DNA of 62,308 nt, the filler included, from Piptocephalis cylindrospora (Eukaryota), in NCBI GenBank assembly GCA_003614145.1. It is 4 parts of 4 records of this genome, joined end to end, with 100 filler letters (N's around TTAATTAATTAA, not from the genome) between each part and the next. Parts side by side here need not be neighbours in the genome. Positions count along the whole stretch, not along the records: positions 31,224 to 46,721 come from KZ987895.1; 3 more parts are not named here. The stretch is one strand, 5' to 3'. How positions within the stretch are numbered: position 1 is the first letter of the stretch; every line of letters starts with the position of its first letter. The notes beneath the pieces were generated by a model. The model did not search any database and was not told the origin of the DNA. It worked only from the letters and a program-made list of their open reading frames with translations. Of the stretch, positions 33,827 through 46,585 are shown one piece after another. The position numbers and the translations under genes were made by a program.

Positions 33827-36800
33827 ATGGGCGCTGATCCTTCCAGATCCAAGCTTGGATCCTATTTTTCAGCTTATGCGGAGGTAGGTTTAAAGTGTGT
33901 ATTCCATGGCAGTTTCATGTACTCATCACTCTTTTGGATTCTTAGGGTTCCAAGGATTCAGAGGGAAAGATGGTTACTATGAGCGGCAGACAGTCAACCG
34001 AGCCTGATCCTCCGCCATCGTTTTCTTTCAGTGCGCCGTCTTTTAGCAGTGCTCCTCCACCCCCACTCTCCTCCAGCCCCTCGAGCCCCAAGGATGATAG
34101 AAGCTCTTCGGAGCAGTCTAAGCATCGGTCCTCAGGTATGCTTTTCTTTACGATCTATGTGCATGTTTTATATGTCATGATGTATGTCCATCTCTTATTC
34201 CAAGAATACTTATAATATTGTCTCCATGATAGAACCGCGTTCGCGACACGACCGATCCGAGAGACGGCATCATCGGAAACGGCATGGCCGACTTGGTGAG
34301 GACAATCGCTATGACCATGATTCCTATCCTAGACACAAGACATCCCGGCTCTCCTCCTCCACCTCGCCATCATCATTCTTTTTCAAGGACTACACCAGAG
34401 ACAGGGACGTTTTAGCGTATGATTGTACCCACAAGTATTCGGTTCCTTACTTCCATAGATGGGGTAAAGGTAGAATACTCGGTGTGGATCCGGCGATTCG
34501 TCTTGCAAAGGATGCTCCCATGACCGGATCAGCAACATACTTGGATTCCAGTAGACCGCGGGAAAGTCAACTCATAAGATACTATAATGCGGAGAAAGGA
34601 ATGGTCAGTGATGATAGGATCGAATCCTTCAGGATCACAGATCTGCCTTCCTCATCCATGGAAGCCTCCTACATCCCTTTGATGGAAGGAGAGAGAGGTA
34701 CGTATGACCCATCCACCACCTCCGCCCACCGCCTCTCGTCTGGAACAAGTCCCCAATCCAAGTCTACAGCATCCTTACCTAGCTCTCATACTCAAAAGGA
34801 TTTAATGGAAAGGACCAAGTCTCTTGAGGAATCCTTGGCTCGGGTAAGGCATGAGTTCTATTCCGTTGATCTGAACTTTCATCCTCACTCACTATTTCAC
34901 CCCGTTTAGGATCCACACGACGTGCATGAATGGCTGAGTTTGGTGCATCACCAGGAATTACTCGTTTCAGGAGGAGTTGCGCTGGAGGATATTCCACGTA
35001 GAAAGCGTGCTCGATTGACCAGGACTGTACGAGAGATCCAAATCAGCGTGTATGAAAGGGCCTTGAGTCATAACCCAAAGAGCCCTTCCCTATTATGGTC
35101 GTATCTGGAGTGTGGTAGGGAGGTCTGGGGGTCTCAGGAAGTACGCGAGCGATGGGAGCGTCTTTTGTCGGGACAACAGGGCTTGAATGGCCTGCGAATG
35201 TGGGCCCGGTATCTCTCTTTCTGCCAAACTGACTGGAATTCCTTTACCGTTCAAGGTGTTTTGGATGCGTATAGTCGGTGTGTTTCCTGGTACACGGAAA
35301 AATGTGCTGGTAGAGCTGAAGAGGAGGAGGAGGTGTGGATGGTGAAAATCATTGCAAGGCTCTGGTCATTTCTGCGGCGTTCTGGCTACGTAGAAAAATC
35401 TATTGCATGCTTTCAGCTCCAGGCTGAAGTTACCTACTTTCCCGTTCATGCCATCGGTGCGAATGATAGGGACATCCTGAGGGTTCTGGAAGAGACCTGG
35501 GAAGATGAATCTTGCCCTGTCTTTGGTGAAAAGGTATGATATTTTCAATGGAGAGTAAAATGTCCAAGGATAAGCTAATTTCTCATTTTATTCATCTGTC
35601 TTTCCTCTAGGAGTCCTTAGGATGGTGTTACATGATGGAGGAGGAAGAGGGTGGAGGTGAGGACGGAATGTCCTCTAGAGCAAGAAAGGAGAGGAAAGAT
35701 AGGGTGGAAAGGTCCTTGGGCACGTTTCATGCCTCTTCTGGCCGGAAAAAGCCTTCCGACAGAGAATTCTTCTATTCTCCAATGGACATGGAGGGGTGGG
35801 TACGAAAGGAGGAGCACATGGATCATCTCTTTTCATTGCCCTTACGCGGCGCCCAAGAGGATGAAGAGACTTCTGAGGATCCATATCGGACGGTTCTATT
35901 CGAGGATATCTCCCCCTTCCTCTTCTTCATTCGGTCCAGTCGAGGTCGTTTGGCTCTAGCTAGGGCTATGTGGGCCTTTTGTGATCTGGATGTTGTGACT
36001 CTGGACGAAGTTCAGCGCTATGATCCAATGGCTCAGGATGTGTATTTGAATGAGCTTTTGGACCCCATTATTTCTGAACCCTCAGGAAGGGTTGGAGAAC
36101 CTACAAAAAAGAAGGGTATCAGGTCTCCTTGGTCTTACCTTGCTTCCAAGGTCACTCTGGCTATGGCCCTTGGCCCCGGATTAGGATCTGTACTTCCACA
36201 TGGGGTATCCCCGCTCAAGGGACATCGAGCGCTGGAGGCATTTACCCGTAGGGCCTTGTCCCTCATGGTGGAAGGTGGAAGAATCGAGGCCATCGTTGCC
36301 TTGGAGACTGTTGTGGTCGCTGCTTCTCTTGACCCCGCTTTTGCCTATGCTTTGGCTTGTCGTGCCACTATGGCATTTCCCGAGAACGCGAGGCTTTATT
36401 TAGCTCGATTCCTCCTAGGACTCCATCTCGGGCTTGAATCTGAGGTGAGACGGGGACTTTATAGTGTACCTGCCCATTCCACTTTCCATGTCCATCATGG
36501 CCTAATGCGTGCCGTGGCGGAATGGTGCGTTAAGAAGGAGGAGCCTGAAATCTGTCGACGCGTCTGTGTTATTTGGGCCTCTTGTCTTGATCACGGATCC
36601 TCCCCTTCCCCTTTGAATCCTGATCAATTGGAACAAGTCATTGTATGTGCTCAGAAGGCGCTTGGTTTTGAGGTGGAGAAGTTGCATGTCTCTCATGTAT
36701 CCTCCATGGAAATACTCAGGGCCCGTCGCGCCCTTGCCCTTCACCTTCCGGTCCTATTGGAGAAGGGAGGAGGGGATGTGGGTGTGCTCACGTCCATCCT

Positions 36801-37646
36801 GGAGTTTTCCATAGGAGGCCTTGAAGGAATTCGTGCATCTGAGATTTGGGGCCGCGCTCTGGCTGATGGGGCCAGTGCCAGGGACTGGTCGGAAGAGGTG
36901 GTGGTCTCATGGGTCTGGATGGCCTCTCTGGAGCTTGAGCGACACTCCAGAAATGGAGAAGGGTTCCGGCCCAAAACTATGTGGGAGGTGCTGGAAGTGG
37001 CCTTGCACACCTTCCCCCGACATCCCCTTCTTCTTGAAGCCTATCATCAATCAGGTGTCTCCTTCATGTCTTATCGACTGGATTGTTACTTGCTACGGGA
37101 TTGTCAGGTCCGTGAGGATCGGCCTGGAAGTGTGGTAGAGGATGATAGGCAGTTGGAATGGAGCGACCGAACCCTCTTCTACGCCATGACTTTGTGGATG
37201 GACCTGGCTTATCCAGCTACCCGGTCCTCGGCTCCTTCCTTGGAAAAGGCTGTAGAGTGGGTGGAGTGGGCCTTGGACGCCCAGGGTGGAAATCATTCCC
37301 CGGTTCTATGGATCCTCCAAGCCCGGCTCCACGCCATGCAATACCAGGCACATAATGCTCGGAAACGTCGGGAGATTGCATACTCCAGTCTTTTTGAGGC
37401 CATTCGGGCTGTTCCTTGGTGCAAAGGTATGATGTAGATGTATATATATATGTAGCGAGGGGGTTTTGAGCGAGAAGGTAAGACATGTTCACTCACTATT
37501 CTCTCTCTTTCCAATTCGCCCTGATAGATGTGTACATGCTGGCATTTACAGTGGATTTTAAGGAGATTGTCGATCCCGGAGCTGTGAAGGAGATAGAGAG
37601 ATTGATGATGGAAAAGGGTCTTCGTCTACGTCTGTCCTTTCCTTAA
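33827..37646 (+). CDS. NRDE2: NRDE2/Nrl1-like HAT-repeat protein (nuclear RNAi, splicing, exosome regulator); start uncertain (33827, 33970 or 33979); introns include 34136-34232, 34844-34909, 35534-35610, 37427-37527
   Basis: DPHDVHEWL, IYERAL-like SVYERAL, SGYVEKSIACFQ, FGEK|ESLGW, EDPYRTVLFEDI, VPWCKDVYMLAF, MMEKGLRLR. Confidence 0.85.
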
Positions 37647-38479
37647 CCGTCATCATCATCTATTATCCGTGCGTTTATGTCCCAAGCGACTACAGAAATA
37701 GATAATTGTAGCTTTGGGTATTCTTTCTCCTATTCTTTATTGCATCTTGCTAGCCTAGGAAATATCATTCGTAGCTGATATTGCTTGATAAAGAGCTGAC
37801 ATTCCATGTCGTCCCCTATCTCATCCTTTCATTTCATTCCATTCATCCTGGCTAAGGGCAGGCCCACTTAATCATCAAAGCCGCTCACAACCGATCGTCG
37901 CCGTTGAGGCACTGTATAAACAGGAGGAGGAGGAGGATGAATCCCAGGTTGATACTGATATTTTACTGCACTAGCAAGACTTACGAGGATAGTTCAAAGG
38001 CAGGGGCTCACGGGGAAGGACGCCAAGGTAGTTGCGTCGGAAGGGGGGAACCACCAAGGCCATCACAGGACCTAAGGTGCCGAGGAAAAAGGAGAAAGCG
38101 AGAACAGGGCGCTCATACGAAAAGCGGCGGATAAAAGCAAACACCATGATCGTTGTTGCTATTGTTGTTGTTGTTGAGGATGATGGAAAGAACAGGAGAG
38201 GATCGAGAGCAAGCGAACAAGGCCGGAGGAACGCCTGGGTTATTCAAGGCGGTGTGTGATGTATTCACCCCTTTGCCTATCAAATGGGAAGGGCCGCATC
38301 GGCCGATCCTGTATTGAAAAATAAACGAAAATTAGTTTTTATCCAAAATGCGCCATAGTCTAAAAGGAGTACGCATGTACACTTGCTGCAAAAATCCAAA
38401 GTAGGATGTGCATTCAGCGGTTGGAGTTCGCCCAGCATAGCCGTAGCATACCAGCTTGAGATTTATTGTGCTAAATATA

Positions 38480-40109
38480 CAGTGTATCGTAAGAGTGTAT
38501 CAATGTTTATATTACCATGAACCATTCTCTTTGTTATCATTCTTCAAAGTCATGCTTCATGTAGTAAAGTACACTAGACGCGTACGAACTACATGATCAA
38601 GAAGAACTAGATCAAATTCAACTTGCTCAAACACTTATCGCAAGGAGTAAACAATGACGATACATATTATACTGGTACGGTTTCAATGCAGAATCTTGCC
38701 AATTCCATCGATAGCCATTAGTACTCAATAGACCTATCTTTTGCCTTTAAAAACGCTTGCATCCTTGAAGGTATGCTGTCGATGAGGTTCAGGACTACAT
38801 CCTGGGGGATCCGATCCCATTCTGATTCCACCCGAGTGCAAAGAACATCGATATTGGTGGGGGGGCCCTCTTGTGGATGGCTAGTTGTTTCTTTAGATGT
38901 CCCCACAGATATTCTATGGGATTCAAATCGGGAGACGGAGAGGGTTATTCCAGGACTTGGATCTCATTTGAGGAAAGCCAATTTTGGATCTTGATAGAGG
39001 TATGCTTTGAATCACTATACTGCTGGAAGACGACTTCCCCTCCACCGTAGCTTCGATCATTCAAACGGTAAGCCTTTTTTCTAATACATCACAGTATCCT
39101 TCATCCATCCTCCCGTCAATCCTATGGAGTTTGCCAATACCATAGACAGACACACATCCCCAAATCAGCACGGTATCTCCTTCAAGCTTAATTGGAGGCA
39201 TCGTGTTCCCGTCGTGGAAGGCCTTTCCAGGTCTCCTCCAGTACCATCAGGTGCCATCCAAACCCATACGATTAAACTTGGGCTCTTCCATCCAGATAAC
39301 GCGCCCCCAACCCTCCTGTGCCCAATCCTGGTGCCTCCGTGCAAAGCGCAAGCGGGCCAGGCGATTTCTGCCTTTTAGCCTTGGGACCTTTCTAGGTCTC
39401 CGGTTTCTCAATCCCCTTCTTTTAAGAGCATTACGAACTGTATCTGCATTGATATTTATCTCGTGGTGGGTGGAATTCTGCATTGCGACCCTCCTAACTG
39501 ACCCCCCACATGCTTTAGTTACGTTCCGGACTGCCATCCGCTCTTCTCTTGAGGTTAGAAGCCTTGGACGACTGCCTGGGCCAAATTTTCCTACCATCCC
39601 TAGCCTCTTACGCTTTCTCATTACCGTGAATGCTTATACAATACTGGCATTGAGAAAAGCAAACTTAAGCCGATCCTACATCGAAACTGCACCGATGTGA
39701 TCTATATTGTAACTGTTTAATTACTGCAATTTCTTGGTCAACTTTAAGTCACGTGTCTCGAGCTTTCCTGAATTGACTAAGAGACCCAGATGGTGGCGGG
39801 AGTTCCTCCAGGGCATGGGAGGTTATAGGTGTCTGTAGTACCTAGAAGAGAATTATTAATAGGGTACACGTCGAGGACAATGTCCTTGGTACCACGCTTG
39901 CCGGCCTAGGCGGGTAATGCGTTCGGATACTCTATAGCCAGCCCCATGAGACAAAATAAACCGGGTTTATCATCATCATCAACTTTAAATCCCTTTAGTC
40001 CCTCTTGATTGTATGACCCTTGCGTTTCTAGCGTATTTCATTCCATGAAGAATGATAACGAAAATGATCCATGGCAGTATGGACATCGACGCGCTCTCAC
40101 GATACACTG
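38480..40109 (-). mobile_element. Full-length (1630 bp) decayed Tc1/mariner DNA transposon with TA target-site duplication
   Basis: TA|CAGTGTATCGT... at 38478 and ...ACGATACACTG|TA at 40109-40111. Inverted repeats align well for ~65 bp and weakly to ~140 bp, and enclose a degenerate transposase. Confidence 0.9.
38718..39700 (-). pseudogene. Tc1-family DDE transposase pseudogene (multiple stops and frameshifts)
   Basis: SRPRLLT (GRPR-like), TVRNALKRRGL, RLRFARRHQDW, VIWMEEPKF (WSDE), LIWGC, FQQYSDSKH (QDND), PSPSPDLNPIE. Confidence 0.9.
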
Positions 40110-40561
40110 TACATCAAAGGCTTTATTGATGGATATGAAAGGGTCGGACCTCGGGAGAGTAACTCATGAATTCTCCTTTCACTACACCGTCCTTTACATT
40201 GAGCCATGGTTCATTTTCGTTGTGCTCTGGGAGACATGGCCTGAACATTCGAAGTAGAGAAAATGGAAGACATTGGGTGTGAATGAAAAGAGGATGAGAG
40301 CGAGGATTGCCGCTCCTTTATACCGTTGAACAACCATGTCAAACAAGACAACCCAAGTCATTCCGTATACGTTTATGCTCATGTATGACATAAAGTCTGC
40401 ACCATTCCATTGTGGTGATGCCTCGAATTTGTAGAGCGTTCTTATCTTATAGATGTTCTAATCAAGGTCGCCAAACTCAAAACCTCTCCAAGCTTTAATC
40501 ATTCTTCATTTTATCCGCATCCTTAAACAAATAGAAAAGCAATGTTTCCCTCCTAGTTCGC

Positions 40562-43500
40562 TTATTCCGCAATGCTGAGGTATTCTGTCTGAAGGAGCTT
40601 GCCAGTGGTGATACGCCGATCCGGATCCAGACGTAGTAGACGCTTGATTTGTGCAAGGGCCATGGGATCCTGAATAGCGTCTAGAGTAATGGGCTCCACC
40701 TGGGTAGCATTCAGGGTCTTGCGCGCAATCTTATCGTCCTCAAAGAGGGGACGTCCGACATATACCTCGTAGAGCATAACACCAAGAGACCAAAGATCCA
40801 TGCTTCCTCGAGAGATTAGGGTTTCTCGTGAGTGCAGAGCTCGGACCACTTCGGGAGCTGCGTATGACGACGTAACTTCTCTCACCGCATCCTCGTGGAC
40901 GAAGGTGGCCAAGCCAAAATCGCACAGACGCCACGTGGTGACATCTAGGCTATCCCGGGTAAAGTGCAAAGGACGGAGGTCCATGTGAGCAATTCCGTGC
41001 TGATGACACCAGTCGACAGCCGTCACTATGGACCGGACATGCTGTCTGAGGACCATAGAGGTAGTGATGGAGGAGTCCTTGTACTCCTCGCTAGAGAGGT
41101 ATTGTGCCAGAGTATGAGGGTGGTACGACTTGACGAGGACATACGGCGTACGGGAGGCGGGGACCTCGTAGGTGGCCACCAGCTCTTGGGTGTACGAGGA
41201 AGAGAGGTACTTGAGGACAACAGCCTCCAGCTGGAAGCTGTTAACGTTGTGTACGAACTTGAGCGTCACATCCTTGTTCCCTTCCTTTTGGTCTTGGGCT
41301 CGGCGAATAACTTGGCGTTGCTTCACCGTCTCGACCACCTCTCCAAGCTTGTATCGGCCCATAATTACGGTACCGGCCTTGCCATCTCCACGAACTTTGG
41401 AGGCATCCTTACGGCTGTAGATAGTAGGCTTATTATGGAAGCGAGCGTACACTTTACCTCGGTACTGGGCTTCGGGCTTCTTGACCTTACTCTTGATCAA
41501 GGGAGCCCCTGATTCCTTCTCTATTTCCTCATCTGCCGAGGAGTATTCCTCCTCATAGTAATCACCCTTGCTTACGGAGCCGGCACGAGTCATCTCGGGG
41601 CCACGGGTGGTTTGATGGGTGGTAGTTGTCGAGCCCAGGGGTGATAATAACTCATCCTGATTCAATGTCCACTCCTTTCGGTCTGTCTCCTTCCCGTCCG
41701 TAAATGTTACTTCAAGGACGGTGCGCTTACCATCCCCATGGATGGTCGTGGTTCTTTCCGTTACAATAGTAATTCCATCGGTACCTGTAGAGGTAGAAAC
41801 TTCCTTATGAACCTTTTCGGCCACAGAGGAGATACTGGAGCTCAAATCCCTAGTCTCTGATGGGCTGAGGGGAATTCCCTCTGTCCATTCCTTGCGTCCA
41901 GTCTCCTCGCCATCGGTGGTCTCAACCTCCAGGATGGTGCGAGTGCCGTTGGTATGGGTAGTCGTGGTGGTTTCGGTGACGATGGTCTTTCCGCCCCGCT
42001 TTACCGTAGAAGTCTCCGTGGTGATGGTCGTCTCAACGGAAGAGGAGGAAGGACCCCTGTTGGTAGGAGGAGGGTTTTGGGTAGGCTCACCCTCCGTCCA
42101 TTCCTTGCGTCCAGTCTCCTCGCCATCGGTGGTCTCAACCTCCAGGATGGTGCGAGTGCCGTTGGTATGGGTAGTCGTGGTGGTTTCGGTGACGATGGTC
42201 TTTCCGCCCCGCTTTACCGTAGAAGTCTCCGTGGTGATGGTCGTCTCAACGGAAGAGGAGGAAGGACCCCTGTTGGTAGGAGGAGGGTTTTGGGTAGGCT
42301 CACCCTCCGTCCATTCCTTGCGTCCAGTCTCCTCGCCATCGGTGGTCTCAACCTCCAGGATGGTGCGAGTACCATTGGTATGGATAGTCGTGGTGGTTTC
42401 GGTGACGATGGTCTTTCCACCCCGCTTTACCGTAGAAGTTTCAGTAGTGGTAGTAGTTTCAACAGACGAATCCGAGGCTGTGGGCTTAGGGCGAGAGCCC
42501 TCAACCACCTCTTCCTCCTCGGTCCACTCTCGGCGACTTGTCTCGGTACCATCAGTGGTTACGACCTCCAGGATGGTGCGAGTGCCGTTGGTATGGGTGG
42601 TGGTGGTGGTTTCCGTGACGATGGTCTTCCCATTCCTGGTGACGGTGGATGTTTCAGTGGAAACGGTCTCTGAGGGTCCCTTCTGCTCCTCTGTCACCTC
42701 CCGAGCATCACTTGTGGTGGAAGTGGGGCCTCCCATGACCATCTTTTTGGTCCAGCCCAACCAACCTTGCTGGGGCCTTTCTTCAGCCTTGGTGGTGGTT
42801 TCTGTAGTTTCCGTGGTCTCAGTGGTAGTGGACTTGGGCTAACAGGTCGGTTTGAGTAGGATATTGGAAATTGAGTGAGACTTGGATTAGGAAAAGGGAT
42901 AAACATCATTAAAACAGCAAAGTACTCTGCTCATCACCTACCTTATCCGATAATACATTATCCTCACTGATAATGTCATCGGTAATGTCTTCTTCAATAA
43001 AGGACTCCTCCTCCTCGCTTGTCAGTTCATAATCCTCGATGACCTCTTCTCCCTCATCCACGGATCCACGGACTACCTTGGGTTTGCTCTTCTTGCCATC
43101 TTTGGTCCTAGTACGGATCACCTTGGGAACTCCGAGAGTAGTACCATCCTTACTAGGTGCAGTATCCTTGGGGCTGAGTCCCTTATCTTCTGTGGTATCA
43201 GGGGCGGTGGGAGACTCCACGATGACAGGAGCAGTGGGAGAGGGCATGCTCTCCTCTTCCTCCTCGTATACATCCTCTTCATAGACGTCCTCATTTACCT
43301 CCTCCTCAATCTCCTCGTCCACATCCACATTCTCGTAGATCTCCTCCTCTTCTTCCTCCTCCACCGTCTTGGCAGTCTCTGAACTCATACGAGGCTTCCT
43401 GGAGGCACGGGTAGTGGAGGTAGGGGTATCCTCGTACGTATGGTGCGGGGAAATGTGCTCGTCCTCATCAGAATGGACTTGGCCCTTGCCTGCTGGCGAG

Positions 43501-46500
43501 GTGACGGCCCGGCGTACCTTGTTAAAGAAGTTCATCCCCTTGGCGGATTTATCCTTTGGAGCATTTTCCTCCTTCGGGATGTCCTCCTTGGGGGCATCTT
43601 CTTCCTCGGGCTATTGTACGCAACAATGGGATTAGATTACAAAGGCCAAGTGGATAGGAAACATAAATGGCTCAAGTCAATGATACCTCACTTACCTTCT
43701 TCTTGTCCGTGGCCTTCTTGACAACACCGGCCATAATGGTGCCGACAGCAACGTTCCTCAAAGTGTGATCCTTCTCAGTGGTGTCAGAAGTAGTTTCTTC
43801 GGTGGTAGTGGTCTGGGGGGCCTCATCCCCCCGGTCACCTTTAACGATGCGAGTCATGCGATTAATAATAGAGTTACGCTTGGTAGGTTTGTTAGGAGTA
43901 TCCTCAGTGGGCTGAGTAACTCCCTCAGGACCAGGACCCACTTGAGGAGAGGGATGGGGGGATGGACTACTGTCGGATTGCTCGGTAATTGGCGCGGGCT
44001 TTTCACCCCCAGTGATCGGAGCGACACCCTGGGGGAGGTCTGGGGTATCCTCAGGGGAATCCCCGATGATGGGGCTAACCTCCCTAGGTTTCTCCTCCTC
44101 CTCCTCCTCCTTTTTCCTAGTAATGGGGACTGGGACAGGAGCAACTACAAATGGAATATTCTATCAACGGGAAAGAGCAAAGTTTTTTTTTTTAGTAATA
44201 TGGATACATGGTAGACATCGGTGGCGGTTAGCAATATACTAACCTTAGAGGATGAAGCAGTGGTAGTCTCCTCGGTAGAGTGAGAAGTACCAGGCTGAGT
44301 TGGATGATGGGGAATTCCATCCGTGGTGGTGATCTATACGATAAGTGGGATGGCATCAACTGGTGAGTAAAGGAGCAGTAAACACGAAAACTTGTACGCA
44401 CACCACGGTTCTCAATTTCCAAAAAAAATCACAAGCGAAGACTCACCTCTTCGGTCGTCCTTGTACGAGGACCATCGGGACCTTGATGGGTAGTCGTGGT
44501 GGTAGTGGTAGTAGATCCGTGGGACTGAGGCTGCTTCTCAGAAGTGACTTCAGTGGGCGCAGAACCGCCGACAGCAGCAAGGACATCACGGCTGAAGCTG
44601 GTCTCGGAGGTACGCGTGCCCGTCTGGGAGTTTCGGCTGGGCCTTCCAACATTCCCATAGGTAACTTCGGTGGTTTCATCAGTGGTAGTCGTTTCCTTGG
44701 GCTGACCCTTCTCCATTGTTTCTTCCTCCTCGTCCTTCTTCTTTTTCCTGGAGGCACCCACAGCAACAGCACTAAAGGCAGTGGCTCCATCCAAGACATT
44801 CCGCACTCGCTTAAAGACAGAGGAGCGACGGTTGATCGGGGCCGAGGAGGTTCCAGACGAAGTAGCTTCCTCGCTCTCTGTGACATCCCTGGATCCAGGG
44901 GCTGCGTTTCCGTAGGTGGTGGTGGTGGTGGTAGTGGTGGAAGAAGAATTTTTCTTCCTGTTCTTGACCAAAGCAGCACCGGCGCCAACAACACCAACAG
45001 CGACACCAGTACCCACAGCGGTGGACACGCCAGACGTACCTTCAGTAACTGTGCTAGGTTGGGCAGCCGTAAGTTCCGCATCCACGAATTGTTCTCCGTT
45101 GGGTTGGTAAATTTGGTCAGCGGGTCCGGTGGTTCCCTCGGGCCCGGTGACGCCCTGAGGCCCTGTGACGCCTTGAGGAGCAGTAGCCCCTTGGGGTCCG
45201 GTGGCGCCCTGAGGAGCCGTAGCGCTCTGAGGACCAGTGATGTCCTGGGGACCAGTAGCGTCTAAAGGACCAGTCCCAGTCATGGTAGTGGGGACATCTG
45301 ATGGGCCGGAAGGGCCAATATTTCCCAAGTTCTCCGTGCTGGCATCTCGGGCAGTACGACGAGTAGAGGCCACAGCAGCCCCCGCTCCGCCTAGACCAGC
45401 ACCAATGATAGCTGCGGTAGTACCAGGACCAAGGCCAGTGGAGTGGGACATGGGGCCAGTGACATTGCCGCTTTCGGGCCCAAGCCCTCCTGTAGCGGGA
45501 CTCGTCCCGGTAGGTACGTCTCCTGGAGCAACATTACCCTCAGGAGTAGGGTTCAAGGATTCCAGCTCTCCAACATCTCGTACGCCGGGGGCAGCTGCAG
45601 CAGGACCTGCCGCACTAGCTGCACCGGATCCCAGTAAGCCGCAAGTCATGGCCGAGGCGGCTCCGGCGGCCGTGACATTACCCTTGACACAGCACCAAAG
45701 TAGGGTGGAGCCAAGGACCAAACCAAGAGTCCCAAGTCCAACAGATAGACCAATAACCAGGCGCTTGTGTGCATCCGCGTCCGCTGCAGCTGCCCCGGCA
45801 TCGTCTCCTGTGACGGTAGCGGTGGCAGTGGCTACGGCGGTGGCAATGGCTGTGGAGGCGGCATTGGAGATGGTGGTGGAGGCCGTGGCTACCTCGGTCG
45901 CCCTGGCGATCGCTACGACTGCTCCATTACCCAAAGTGGAGGCCGATGCAATGACACCGTTAGCCAGAGTGGTGGCTGCCCCTAGGACGCCTCCGGCAGC
46001 TGAGGCTTCCCCGGTTTTCATGGCCATGGCCATGGAGGCGGCAGCTTGGGATGCTTGACCAGCAGCAGACGCTGATGCTGACTGTGCGGCGGCAATCTCC
46101 ACGGGGGCGGTGTGAGTCCCTATTCCAGCGTCAAAGGCCGTGTTTTGCGTTATGGTAGGAGCCAATGCACCATTTCCTCCTCCGGCAGCACCACCAGCAG
46201 CCCCCCCTGCACCAGTGCCAGAGCCACCTGCACCGGTACCGCCTGCACCGGTACCACCTACACCAGTGCCAGAACCACCTGCACCGGTACCACCTACACC
46301 AGTACCAGAGCCACCTGCGCCAGTACCAGATCCTGCACCTCCAGCCCCAGATCCAGTACCTCCAGCGCCCGATCCTACCCCGCCTGCTCCAGTACCAGAT
46401 CCTGCACCCCCAGTGCTAGATCCTGTACCTCCAGACCCAGATCCTGCCCCAGATCCTGCTCCAGTTCCATAGCCAGCATTACCAGTATCATAGTAAACCT

Positions 46501-46585
46501 GAGGGGAGCCATAATCATCGGTGGTGGGGTAGCCCTGTAGGACTGTGTTGTATTCGTCATAGAATGACGTGGTGTAATAGTCCAT
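40562..46585 (-). CDS. Giant (>=1879 aa) single-pass membrane protein with Gly/Ala-rich N-terminal region, disordered and Thr-rich repeat region, and C-terminal atypical protein kinase domain; exons 46585-44447, 44333-44244, 44160-43696, 43610-42942, 42838-40562; probably 5' incomplete
   Basis: Four phase-0 GT-AG introns join the ORF-track pieces with no stop. TM segment KRLVIGLSVGLGTLGLVLGSTLLWCC. Kinase motifs VTLK, HMDLRPLH, DFG, YAAPE, DLWSLG. Confidence 0.75.
41670..42665 (-). repeat. Coding tandem repeat, 213-nt (71-aa) unit; three near-identical and two diverged copies
   Basis: CCATTCCTTGCGTCC recurs at 41885, 42098 and 42311. Unit core TETSTVKRGGKTIVTETTTTTHTNGTRTILEVETTDGEETGRKEWT. 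Confidence 0.93.
46185..46470 (-). repeat. Coding Gly-rich minisatellite (GAGGTGSGT/GVGGTGAGGS)
   Basis: Repeated CCTGCACC/CCAGTACC/CCAGAT units on the + strand. Confidence 0.85.

Noticed and set aside
41885..42450. Direct repeats as a CRISPR array or mobile-element repeat
   Set aside because: 213-nt in-frame coding units with no unique spacers, in a eukaryotic gene.
41892..42842. Long + strand ORFs (316 and 239 aa), and similar ones at 44345-46540, 17901-18863, 19006-19728 and 5884-6537
   Set aside because: Antisense shadows of low-complexity or repetitive minus-strand genes, with no independent motifs.
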